From NCBI GenBank assembly GCA_044451265.1, contig JBIOJX010000003.1:1-43227 (forward strand): a stretch of 43,227 nucleotides of DNA, read 5' to 3'. Under the pieces are notes generated by a model. The model had not been told where the DNA came from. It worked only from the letters and a program-made list of their open reading frames with translations, and made no database searches. Source of the stretch: Desulfobaccales bacterium (lineage in GTDB: Bacteria > Desulfobacterota > Desulfobaccia > Desulfobaccales > 0-14-0-80-60-11). Below are positions 18,722 through 26,786 of this stretch, piece by piece (the stretch's first letter is position 1; every line of letters starts with the position of its first letter). The translations under genes and the position numbers were made by a program.

Positions 18722-19019
18722 GCGGGTCCTTGAGGCGCGGGAATTTTTTCGGACTTGCTGGGGTGAGTATAATGGAAAGAAAGCCTTCCGTTGCAGGAAA
18801 ATCTAGCCGGAAGTTAAATATTCCTCGCAATCATCACCAAAAAAAATGGGGACTTTGCGGTTGGTAGCCTCCAAGATCCTGAACCGCGTCGAGAATGGCA
18901 TAACCGCCGTTTATGACAGGCATGGTTATGGTCGCCAGTTGCAAGTAGGCGGTAGGGTGCCCGGATGATTGCTCATCGGTTCGGCCTGTTGATTTTTCAG
19001 GCTATAGCACCCCTAAATT

Positions 19020-19077
19020 TGCTAGCCAAAATGCTAGCCAAAAACTAAAATGGGGTTAGCCAAAACAGCTAACCCCT
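19020..19077. repeat. Tandem TGCTAGCCAAAA repeats plus GGGGTTAGC/GCTAACCCC hairpin immediately 3' of tRNA-Lys
   Basis: Exact 12-mers at 19020-19031 and 19032-19043, imperfect third copy at 19055-19065; 9-bp inverted repeat at 19052-19076. Confidence 0.75.
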
Positions 19078-19086
19078 TGATTTCTC

Positions 19087-19162
19087 TGGTGGGCCGTCGG
19101 AGGGTCGAACTCCGGACCTAGTGATTAAGAGTCACTTGCTCTACCAATTGAGCTAACGGCCC
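19087..19162 (-). tRNA. tRNA-Lys (anticodon CTT)
   Basis: GGGCCGTTAGCTCAATTGGTAGAGCAAGTGACTCTTAATCACTAGGTCCGGAGTTCGACCCTCCGACGGCCCACCA; 76-nt cloverleaf with encoded CCA. Confidence 0.97.
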
Positions 19163-19181
19163 CGGCGTGAATACGGCCTTG

Positions 19182-19210
19182 AGTATCACTGATTCACGGC
19201 TTCCTGTCAA
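19182..19210 (-). promoter_or_regulatory. sigma70-type promoter of tRNA-Lys
   Basis: TTGACA-17 nt-GATACT about 20 nt upstream of the tRNA 5' end. Confidence 0.6.
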
Positions 19211-19404
19211 CCCATGGGGATGGAAAAGCGGGAAAAAGAAACCGACCTCGAGTACCGGGACGAGGTCAGGGCCAAGGTCCGGTTTAGGAGGGAGGCCTGA
19301 GGCGCCGGGCTCTTGCCGCGCCCTGCTCCACCGAGCCTCCCTGAAATTACCTTGACCTCTCCGGAAGTTATGGCATAAATAGAGTAGGTTGTGCGCTATT
19401 GACT

Positions 19405-20307
19405 ATGGCTCCCAAGACCGCTCCCGTCGTCGAAAGCTATCTTGCCCCCCTGCCCTTGCTGCTGGCCGGGTGTCTCCCCTTCTGGGCCGGTACCCTGCTG
19501 GCCATGATCTCGGGATATCCCCTGCGCCCCTGGGTACTGCTGGCCGGAACCCTGGGGGTGGCGGCCCTGGTCCTGGCCGCCGGCGCCGCCCGGGAGATCA
19601 CGGCCCCCGAGGCCGGGGGGTACCCGGCCTGGAGACTGGGCTGCTTTAAGGGGTGGACGGGCGAGGACGGCCGCCCCACTGATATCGTGGCTTATACCTG
19701 CCTGGGGCTGGCGGCCTTCATAGGGCTGGTCCTGCAATTCCTGGGGCGCACCGGCGACCTGACCATCCCCCTGGGGGCCCTGGGGGTTCTGGGCGGCTAT
19801 TTTTCCTTTGCACCGCCCCTGGCCTGGCAGCGCCGGGGACTGGGGGAGGCCGTCGGCGGCCTGTGCTTCGGGCTGCTGCCGGTGGTCACCGGATTTTACC
19901 TGCAAAGCGGCTATTGGGTGGCGGAAGAGCTGTTATATGGCTTACCTTTAACCCTGGTTGGGTTTAACCTGTTTCTGATGTATGGCTTTCCGGACCCCCG
20001 GGAAGAGGCGCCGCGGCGCCACAGCCTGGCGGCCCGCTGGGGGCCGGTGCCGGCGGCCCTGTTCTACACTGCCGGCAACGTGCTGATCATGCTGTTGCTG
20101 GTGGGCCTCTTTTACTTTCCGGCCTCGCCCCTGCCCTTCCGGGCCCTGATCTGGCCCTTATTGCTTCTGGCCGTGGTCAACCAGGAGATCCTGAAGCGGC
20201 GGGCTTATCGGGAAGAGGCCCGGCTCCGGTGGCTCTGCCGGCTCAGCCTGGCCCTGCACCTGGGAATGGGCGCGGTCTTTTGCCTGATGCTGTGGCAGCG
20301 ACTGTAG
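19405..20307 (+). CDS. UbiA-superfamily (MenA-like) prenyltransferase homolog, divergent
   Basis: Multi-TM; LGGYFSFAPPLAWQRRGLGEAVGGLCFGLLPVVTGFYLQ matches the MenA Y..PP....GLGE motif; Asp-rich motifs eroded. Confidence 0.7.
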   Translation: MAPKTAPVVESYLAPLPLLLAGCLPFWAGTLLAMISGYPLRPWVLLAGTLGVAALVLAAGAAREITAPEAGGYPAWRLGCFKGWTGEDGRPTDIVAYTCLGLAAFIGLVLQFLGRTGDLTIPLGALGVLGGYFSFAPPLAWQRRGLGEAVGGLCFGLLPVVTGFYLQSGYWVAEELLYGLPLTLVGFNLFLMYGFPDPREEAPRRHSLAARWGPVPAALFYTAGNVLIMLLLVGLFYFPASPLPFRALIWPLLLLAVVNQEILKRRAYREEARLRWLCRLSLALHLGMGAVFCLMLWQRL

Positions 20308-20470
20308 TTTCGAGTTTTTAGTTTTTAGTTTTTAGTGGCACAGGCCTCCGGCCTGTGTGCCTAGGCTGAAAGCCTGTGCCACCAATCTAGGGTGCGCTGG
20401 GCGCACCCTACACCTACACATTTAGTCTTTGAAGTTTTTACTGGCAACTGACTACTGACTACTGGCTACT
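20308..20470. repeat. Intergenic repeat cluster: GTTTTTA heptamers, REP-like palindromes, ACTGACT heptamers
   Basis: GTGGCACAGGC...GCCTGTGCCAC at 20335-20382; TAGGGTGCGCTGGGCGCACCCTA at 20388-20410; ACTG(A/G)CT tandem at 20440-20470. Confidence 0.75.
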
Positions 20471-20484
20471 TCAAGAGATACTCT

Positions 20485-20772
20485 ATGTTTATCGGTCGGC
20501 GCAAATCAGGGGGCTCAAGTCCGGGCCGCAGGCTGGTGGCCATCTGCCTCATCCTGGCCCTGGTCCCGGCCTGTCAGTGGACCCCGGCCCAGTATTACAT
20601 CCCCCTGGCTTATGCCGTCACCGGCATGTGCGTCGCCCTCATCATGTCACCCACCTTCGTGGCTGGGGCGGTGGGCCTGGTGCTGGGCGGTCTCCTGGGT
20701 GCCGCGGTCTATAACAATTCCCTGAAGCGCCAGATTCAAGAGCGACAACGCAGCGACCCGCCCCCTCCCTGA
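20485..20772 (+). CDS. Small putative membrane lipoprotein
   Basis: Basic N-terminus, hydrophobic core, LVPAC lipobox-like Cys, two further hydrophobic segments with Gly-zipper GAVGLVLGGLLG. Confidence 0.55.
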   Translation: MFIGRRKSGGSSPGRRLVAICLILALVPACQWTPAQYYIPLAYAVTGMCVALIMSPTFVAGAVGLVLGGLLGAAVYNNSLKRQIQERQRSDPPPP

Positions 20773-21390
20773 TCCCGTTTGCCTTTTTTGGTTTAAAAAA
20801 ATGACCAGGGCGCCGCGCCCGAAGTTTATTTATAATTTTATCAATAACTTAGCTTTGAGAAATAGTTGTAAAGGCTTTTTATAATGATATCAACTATTTA
20901 AATAATTAATCGACGGTTTTCGGCAATTAATTGGGTGAGGATGGGACAGTTGGGACGCCCAGTGTTTCGCAGCCCCTGAAAATTGCGAAAATTGCGCCGC
21001 CTTTGTGCCGCTTTGGGCCAGGGGTGTTCGGCCGCTAACCCGTTTGATTGCCGGGGAAATCCGGGGAGATACCGCCACCGTTGCGGAACAGAAACGGTGG
21101 ACAGTAATCAGTAGCCAGTAGTCAGTTTGGGGGCCGCCGGTCACCATCCTCCCTTAGTGACATAGACCTGGATAAAATTCCAGCAGAGAAAAGAGGGTTG
21201 ACCCGGCAAGTCGGGTTAAGGCGATTTTGGGGAGGATTGCGGACCGGTCACGGCAAAAAACCGCTCATTAGCACACTGTCCCCAAATATTTTCGTGGTTG
21301 ACCGGGGCTCGATGAGCCCTTACAAGATCAGGCTTCGACGAGCAGCAGAGGCCAGCGGCATAAACTTTGGGCCAACGTGATAATCTAGCT

Positions 21391-21465
21391 GTAGGGGCGG
21401 ACCCAGGTGTCCGCCCTGCCCTCGCCGGGGCGGGCCTTGGCGGGGCGGGCGTCCCCGCCGGCCAT
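21391..21465. repeat. GTAG-type REP-like palindrome(s)
   Basis: GTAGGGGCGGACCCAGGTGTCCGCCC followed by GGGGCGGGCGTCCCCGCC; a related GGGGCGGGCGTCTCGCCCG occurs near 24858-24897. Confidence 0.65.
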
Positions 21466-21497
21466 CCTTTAGTCCACCTCTATCTAAGCAATTTCTA

Positions 21498-22685
21498 TTA
21501 ATTAAAATCCATCGGTATTTTCAAATGGTGCCTAATTGACTTCCATAATTCTAAGACCGGTGAATCTATTTCTTGCGCCGATTCGGGAAAATTTTCTTTT
21601 AAATTGTGCATATTAATTGCGCTCATCACAAAATTCCTTTGAAATTCAGTTTCATTTTTCGTAGCATAGTGATAAGGATGATTTGTAAAAAAGAGGTATG
21701 CTTCTGGGGCTGCATTACTGCCAACATATTCTTTTTCGACCTTTTCCAGTTCGTCTTTTAGACTTCGAAACCATTTCTTATTCAAAGAATTGTTTTCTTC
21801 CGGTGGCATATTAACATCAATAAATACAACCATTTTATGTGTAGCTTTTTTCTTTAATGCATTTCTTAATAGTTTTCCAATACGAAGTCTTACATTGTCT
21901 GCCTCATAAGGTGAACCATTCTGGCCTAAAATTCCAGACCGATGACGGCTTTTAGCTTCTACAGAATATCTTTTTCCAGTTTTTTTGTGCGTTGCAACAA
22001 ATTCACAATGTGATTCTGCCTTATCTGCATCATCTTCAAATTCAATATCAAAACTTGCTCTTATAAAGGAAGCAGTAACATATACTTCATATCTGGCCCC
22101 TTGGAATTGATTTTTATCCTTTAACCTTCTTATTAACTGCTGTTGCAATAATGAATGATGCCGCAATATATAAAGATCATATGCTAAATAAAGATATGCT
22201 GCTACAGGACCAGTGCTTGATGCATGATTAATTTCATCTTTTATTATGGTATTTACCTTTTGAAAATCGCTTACACATTGTTGCCATTGAATTATTGTAT
22301 GTCTTTCGGAAATATCCTTTTTAAATCCAGAATCAATCCAATCGTTTCCTAAGAGATTTTGAATATATTCAAAGAGAAAGTCTTGAAATGTTTTTCGTCT
22401 ATCAAATTTAAACAATTCGTTACCTACAGCAACTATTTTCTGACCATTGAAATCAGTTGAAATAATCGGTCTAATATCCCCATATTCCTCCATTTGCTTC
22501 TTTTCTTTCTTCATTAATTCAATAATGTTTTCCCTTATGTTAGGAAATTGATTTGAAAATGATTTTGCATTCTTGCCATCCATTACAATAGAAGTATGTT
22601 TACGATTATTACCATGACATTTTTTAAATTTTAAGCCACTTCCACAAGGGCACCGATCATTTCTCCCAATTTTATTTTTTTTCAT
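21498..22685 (-). CDS. SEC-C motif protein with a putative PD-(D/E)xK nuclease-like C-terminal region (AT-rich)
   Basis: N-terminal KIGRNDRCPCGSGLKFKKCHG; ARYE...HCEFVAT...YSVEAKSR resembles an REase-fold active-site arrangement. Confidence 0.75.
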   Translation of the reverse strand: MKKNKIGRNDRCPCGSGLKFKKCHGNNRKHTSIVMDGKNAKSFSNQFPNIRENIIELMKKEKKQMEEYGDIRPIISTDFNGQKIVAVGNELFKFDRRKTFQDFLFEYIQNLLGNDWIDSGFKKDISERHTIIQWQQCVSDFQKVNTIIKDEINHASSTGPVAAYLYLAYDLYILRHHSLLQQQLIRRLKDKNQFQGARYEVYVTASFIRASFDIEFEDDADKAESHCEFVATHKKTGKRYSVEAKSRHRSGILGQNGSPYEADNVRLRIGKLLRNALKKKATHKMVVFIDVNMPPEENNSLNKKWFRSLKDELEKVEKEYVGSNAAPEAYLFFTNHPYHYATKNETEFQRNFVMSAINMHNLKENFPESAQEIDSPVLELWKSIRHHLKIPMDFN

Positions 22686-22729
22686 ATCGTATAACTCGAA
22701 ATTAACCGCTTCATTTTACCTACACTCTG

Positions 22730-23005
22730 CTACTTCCCTTGTTTATTATATTTTGCCTGGGTCCTCTTGATCACGTTAATCTCTTTCTTCTGGGCGTCGG
22801 TGATACTGCTGAACTGCTCAATTCTTACCATCGCACCAGGAATTTCACCCAAATGTTCGGAAAGTCTTTCCCTCACCCATCCCCTTTGAGCAATACCGAT
22901 ATAATTCGGGTTCCCTGATTCAGTCTCAATCCGATAAAGCACCGGCTTGTCATTTGGAAGTTGCTCAATGCCTTGCTTGTTGTATTTGACCTTTTTCGTG
23001 CTCAT
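22730..23005 (-). CDS. Stand-alone minimal GIY-YIG nuclease (91 aa)
   Basis: VLYRI...NYIGIA..VRERLSEH...KKEINVI...KYN retains the Tyr, Tyr-Gly, Arg, His, Glu and Asn positions; GGAGG RBS before ATG 23005. Confidence 0.75.
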   Translation of the reverse strand: MSTKKVKYNKQGIEQLPNDKPVLYRIETESGNPNYIGIAQRGWVRERLSEHLGEIPGAMVRIEQFSSITDAQKKEINVIKRTQAKYNKQGK

Positions 23006-23024
23006 GGTTTTATTCCTCCAACAG

Positions 23025-23375
23025 CTATGCCGCTTTTTTCCTGGTGAAGCCCAGGTCTCTGATCTGTTCTCTGAAATCATAGCCCCGGCCTTGAAACTTC
23101 AACCCTTTAGCCTCACATTCGCTTTGGTATTTATCGTCCAGCTCAAGGTGGGGGCCGCCGGGATAGCGGATAGTCTTCTTGTCTTCGCTCTCGATGTAGC
23201 GCTTCAGGGCCTCATTGATCATCGTCTGATAATTGCCGCCCCCGGCCTCATCAACCCGGTGCCAAAACCATTTTAAGATTTTGGTATCCAAGCGGATGGT
23301 AATCCGCGTCTTTCTCGGGTCTGGGGGCTCGATAGCGCCACGCTTGGCGTCACTGAAATCATATTCTTTGCGCAT
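23025..23375 (-). CDS. brnA: BrnA antitoxin with C-terminal extension
   Basis: MRKEYDFS...RITIRLDTKILKWF...GGNYQTMINEAL; overlaps the brnT stop. Confidence 0.88.
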   Translation of the reverse strand: MRKEYDFSDAKRGAIEPPDPRKTRITIRLDTKILKWFWHRVDEAGGGNYQTMINEALKRYIESEDKKTIRYPGGPHLELDDKYQSECEAKGLKFQGRGYDFREQIRDLGFTRKKAA

Positions 23376-23634
23376 ATTGTTTTGCCTCTTTACGGGTGGC
23401 TTTCCGGGCCGAGATCAATCGAATCAGGTTTTCTCCTCGACAGGTGAAAACGGCAACTAAGAGTCTTCCTAAAGAATCCAGGCCCAAGGTAATGAATCTT
23501 CGTTCGCCTTCGGCATCCGGGTCTTCCTTCGTCATAGCCATTCCGTCCTCGAAAACTCCAGCCGCAACGGCAAAGTTAACTCCATGAACCCTGAGATTTT
23601 CTCGCGCTTTGGCTGGGTCCCATTCGAATTCCAC
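23359..23634 (-). CDS. brnT: BrnT ribonuclease toxin
   Basis: EFEWDPAKARENLRVHGVNF...GERRFITLG...IRLISARKATRKE; GTG start at 23634. Confidence 0.92.
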   Translation of the reverse strand: MEFEWDPAKARENLRVHGVNFAVAAGVFEDGMAMTKEDPDAEGERRFITLGLDSLGRLLVAVFTCRGENLIRLISARKATRKEAKQYAQRI

Positions 23635-23641
23635 AGCGTAA

Positions 23642-23689
23642 ATTGTATGTACAGTAAAACTTTCTGTCAAGAGAAATAGTGTATGCACA
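23642..23689 (-). promoter_or_regulatory. brnTA promoter with putative autoregulatory operators
   Basis: TTGACA (23665-23670), 17 nt, TACAAT (23642-23647); imperfect palindromes TGTATGTACA (23644-23653) and TGTATGCACA (23680-23689). Confidence 0.7.
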
Positions 23690-23824
23690 TAATCGGACTT
23701 TTCAATAAACCGTCACGTCTGCACAATCTCCTGATCAAGCGTCCCGCCTACCGCGAGGGGAGAAAGTGTTCGGGTGAAGGGGAAAGTGGAAAAAACTTTT
23801 GGCCGCGAGTATAATTCTCCTAAA

Positions 23825-24826
23825 ATGACGCCCAAAAAATCGCTAGAACCTGCGGGCCTTCCCGAAAGCCCCCTGACCGCAGTCTTGCAGGCCTTACGCC
23901 GGGCCCCGGAACCCCTTTCCGGCGAGGCCCTGGCGGCCCGGCTGGGTCTGAGCCGGGCCGCGGTCTGGAAGCGGATCAACCGCCTCAAGGCCCAGGGTTA
24001 CGCCATCGTTGGCTCTCCCCGCCGGGGCTACCGGTTGCTGGCAGCCACCGACCGGCTGCTCCCCGAAGAGATCGCCCTGGGTCTCAAGGCCCGGCGTCTC
24101 ACCGGTCCGGTGCACCACTTCGACGAGGTGGCCTCCACCAACGACCTGGCCAAAGAGCTGGCGGCCCGGGGCGCCCCGGAAGGCACCCTGGTGGTGGCCG
24201 AGGCCCAGACCGGCGGCCGGGGCCGCCTGGGGCGCCAGTGGGAATCGCCCCCGGGCACGGGCCTCTATGTGTCGCTGCTCCTCCGGCCGCCGCTGCCGCC
24301 CACGGAGATGCCCCAGATCACCCTGACCACCGCGGTGGCCGTGGCCCGGGCCGTCAAAAGGGTCACCGGCGTCGCCCCGGGCATCAAGTGGCCCAATGAC
24401 CTCCTGCTGGCCGGCAGGAAGGTGGGGGGCATCCTCACCGAAATGGAGACCGAAAGCGAGCGCATCCGCCACCTGGTGGTGGGCCTGGGGCTGAACGTCA
24501 ACAACCCCGCCTTTACCAAAGAGCTGGAGCCCCTGGCCACGTCCCTGGTCCTGGCCACCGGGCGGCGCCATTCTCGCCTGGAAATCCTGCAAGCCTGGCT
24601 GGAGGAGTTTGAAGAACTCTACGGACGCTTTCTGGCCCGGGAGTTTGCCGGGATTCTGGACGAATGGCGCCGCCTGACCGTCACCCTGGGGCGGCGGGTC
24701 ACGGTGCGCCAGGGTCCGGTGACCATCTGCGGCCAGGCCCTGGAGGTGGCCCCGGATGGAGCCCTGCTGGTGGAGACGGAGGCGGGGGAAGTGGTGCGGG
24801 TGACTTCCGGCGAGATTGCGGCTTAA
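23825..24826 (+). CDS. birA: Bifunctional biotin--[acetyl-CoA-carboxylase] ligase / biotin operon repressor
   Basis: HTH SGEALAARLGLSRAAVWKRI, STN, AEAQTGGRGRLGRQW, IKWPND, KVGGILTE, C-terminal SH3-like GALLV..VTSGE. Confidence 0.95.
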   Translation: MTPKKSLEPAGLPESPLTAVLQALRRAPEPLSGEALAARLGLSRAAVWKRINRLKAQGYAIVGSPRRGYRLLAATDRLLPEEIALGLKARRLTGPVHHFDEVASTNDLAKELAARGAPEGTLVVAEAQTGGRGRLGRQWESPPGTGLYVSLLLRPPLPPTEMPQITLTTAVAVARAVKRVTGVAPGIKWPNDLLLAGRKVGGILTEMETESERIRHLVVGLGLNVNNPAFTKELEPLATSLVLATGRRHSRLEILQAWLEEFEELYGRFLAREFAGILDEWRRLTVTLGRRVTVRQGPVTICGQALEVAPDGALLVETEAGEVVRVTSGEIAA

Positions 24827-24990
24827 CCTTTGGCCCTTGGCCACCTGGGGCGGCTTTGGTGGGGCGGGCGTCTCGTGGGGCGGGCGTCTCGCCCGTCATC
24901 TTGGCAGGCAGCCCAGTGCATTTATTCTCTTGCGACTTGGCGTCTTGGCGTGAGGTCTATCTTTTGAACTTTCCCCTTTTCACCTTCCCG

Positions 24991-25027
24991 AAATGCAAAA
25001 GGGCGGGATGCACCCGCCCCTGCATTT
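24991..25027 (-). terminator. Intrinsic terminator of the 25047-25343 gene
   Basis: GGGCGGG-TGCAT-CCCGCCC-TTTT on the minus strand with an outer AAATGCA/TGCATTT extension. Confidence 0.65.
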
Positions 25028-25046
25028 CCTTCTCAAATAAGGCTTT

Positions 25047-25343
25047 TTACTTCTTCTTGGTAGTCTTGAGGTCATCGACCTCTTTCTTCAAGCGCTCCAC
25101 TTCAGCCTTATATTGTTCCACTTCGGCCTCCGCCATCTTGGGAGGCTCGTAAGCCGGGGTCTCGCCTTTTTTGAAAAACTTATCCTTGGTCTCCTCGAAC
25201 CCCAGATAGACCGCCAAAGCGCCGCCCATCAGGAGTAAGAGGGGAAGGCCCCCGGCCAGGAGGCTAAGGAACTCCCGCCACCACATTCCCAGGCCGATTA
25301 ATCCCAATGCCACCGCGACCAGTCCGCCTACCAAAGCCGTCAT
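25047..25343 (-). CDS. Small two-TM membrane protein with C-terminal coiled coil
   Basis: Gly-rich TM helices then EQYKAEVERLKKEVDDLK; perfect AAGGAGGT RBS. Confidence 0.75.
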   Translation of the reverse strand: MTALVGGLVAVALGLIGLGMWWREFLSLLAGGLPLLLLMGGALAVYLGFEETKDKFFKKGETPAYEPPKMAEAEVEQYKAEVERLKKEVDDLKTTKKK

Positions 25344-25524
25344 GCCCTACCTCCTTACAAATAAATGAAATCTCCGGCTTCCCGCCGGATTAGCACCGGT
25401 TCAACTGCATAGTTTTGTGATAGATATCAGAAAGAGAAAAATTTATCAAGGAAGAAATGGGGGCCAACAAAACCATCTTTAAAGATTTTTCTAATGAAAT
25501 GGAAAGGTTATATGGCCATACCGG

Positions 25525-25552
25525 TTGACAAAAATCCTCTATAACTTATAAT
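25525..25552 (+). promoter_or_regulatory. Consensus sigma70 promoter of the DnaJ-class gene
   Basis: TTGACA-16 nt-TATAAT. Confidence 0.75.
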
Positions 25553-25590
25553 ATGCCAAATTATTCCCTCAGAAATGCGAGAAATCCCTC

Positions 25591-26532
25591 ATGGCGGAGT
25601 TGGATTATTACCAGTTATTGGGAGTCGGCCGGGAGGCCCCTGCCGACGAAATCAAGAAGGCATACCGCAAGCTGGCCTTGAAGTACCATCCCGATAAAGC
25701 TAAAGGGGATAAGAAGGTCGCGGAAGAGAAGTTCAAGCAGATCAGCGAGGCCTACGCCGTCCTGAGCAATCCCGAAAAACGCAAAGAATACGACCAGTTC
25801 GGCTCCCAGGTCTTCCGGCAAAAATTTACCCAGGAAGACATTTTCAAGGGCGCTGATTTCAATGATATGTTCGACCTCGGCCTCTCCGAGGGCCTCTTCA
25901 GCCGCCTCTTCGGTGGCTTGGGAGGGGGCCGCGGCCGCGGCGGTCGCACCCGGGTCTACCAATTCGGCGGCGGCGGCCAGCAAGGCTTCGGCGGTCAGGC
26001 CCCGCCCCGGCAGGGCGAAGACCTCCAGGTGGAGATGCCCATCACCCTCCACGAAATGGCCTTCGGCACCGAAAAGGTGGTGGCCCTGCCCACCAACGGC
26101 CAGGTGGACAAGATTAATGTGAAGATCCCCCCCGGGGCCTTGCCGGGCAAACGGCTGCGGGTCAGCGGCAAGGGCCGGCCCGGTCCCCTGGGCGGCCCCC
26201 CCGGCGACCTCTACGTCAAGCTCAGAGAGCTGGAGCACCCGGTCTTCAAGCGCGAGGGCAGCGACCTTTACGTCGACCGCCATATCAAGTTCACCGAGGC
26301 CATCCTGGGCACCAAGGTGACCGTGCCCACCCTCGACGGCAAGACCATGAGCCTTAAGGTGCCCCCGGGCACCCAGAGCCACACCAAGATGCGCCTCAAG
26401 AACTATGGCCTGCCCCAGGCCCACAGCAAGACCCGGGGCGATCAGTTCGTCCGCATCATCGTCGATACCCCGGACAACCTGAATAAAAAACAGAAGACCC
26501 TGGTGGAAGAGATGGTCAAGGAAGGACTGTAA
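25591..26532 (+). CDS. Type II DnaJ-class co-chaperone (CbpA-like)
   Basis: J-domain with YHPD, G/F-rich region, DnaJ_C (GDLYV, AILG..VPTLDG); no CxxCxGxG zinc finger. Confidence 0.92.
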   Translation: MAELDYYQLLGVGREAPADEIKKAYRKLALKYHPDKAKGDKKVAEEKFKQISEAYAVLSNPEKRKEYDQFGSQVFRQKFTQEDIFKGADFNDMFDLGLSEGLFSRLFGGLGGGRGRGGRTRVYQFGGGGQQGFGGQAPPRQGEDLQVEMPITLHEMAFGTEKVVALPTNGQVDKINVKIPPGALPGKRLRVSGKGRPGPLGGPPGDLYVKLRELEHPVFKREGSDLYVDRHIKFTEAILGTKVTVPTLDGKTMSLKVPPGTQSHTKMRLKNYGLPQAHSKTRGDQFVRIIVDTPDNLNKKQKTLVEEMVKEGL

Positions 26533-26535
26533 GAG

Positions 26536-26779
26536 CAGTGGCCAGTAGTCAGTAGCCAGTTGTCAGTTACCCGCAAAGAAATTCCCCGCTCTGACAACTG
26601 ATTACTCCCTCCCCCTTGAGGGGGGAGGCTTGGGGTGGGGATGGCGATCGTTTTTCTGGTTCCCAAGCTCCAGCTTGGGAACCCACTTGCATGCAAAGCT
26701 CCAGCTTTGCGAGCTCCCTTACTGACCACTGGCCACTGACCACTGACCACTAAACTGGCTACTGACTACTGGCTACTGG
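26536..26779. repeat. Nested repeat cluster: inverted heptamer arms enclosing C/G-tract and GTTCCCAAGCT palindromes
   Basis: CAGT(A/G/T)G(C/T) x5 at 26536-26570; complementary arms at 26591-26606 and 26721-26779; CCTCCCCCTTGAGGGGGGAGG at 26608-26628; GTTCCCAAGCTCCAGCTTGGGAAC at 26659-26682; GCAAAGCTCCAGCTTTGC at 26693-26710. Confidence 0.8.
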
Positions 26780-26786
26780 AGACACC

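Noticed and set aside
20890-21147. 85-aa minus-strand ORF
   Set aside because: Translates heptamer repeats (TDYWLLIT), the RBS abuts the start codon, and there is no motif; probably spurious.
21380-23700. Integron cassette array (TA plus short AT-rich genes)
   Set aside because: No RYYYAAC...GTTRRRY attC-like palindromes between the genes and no intI in the window.
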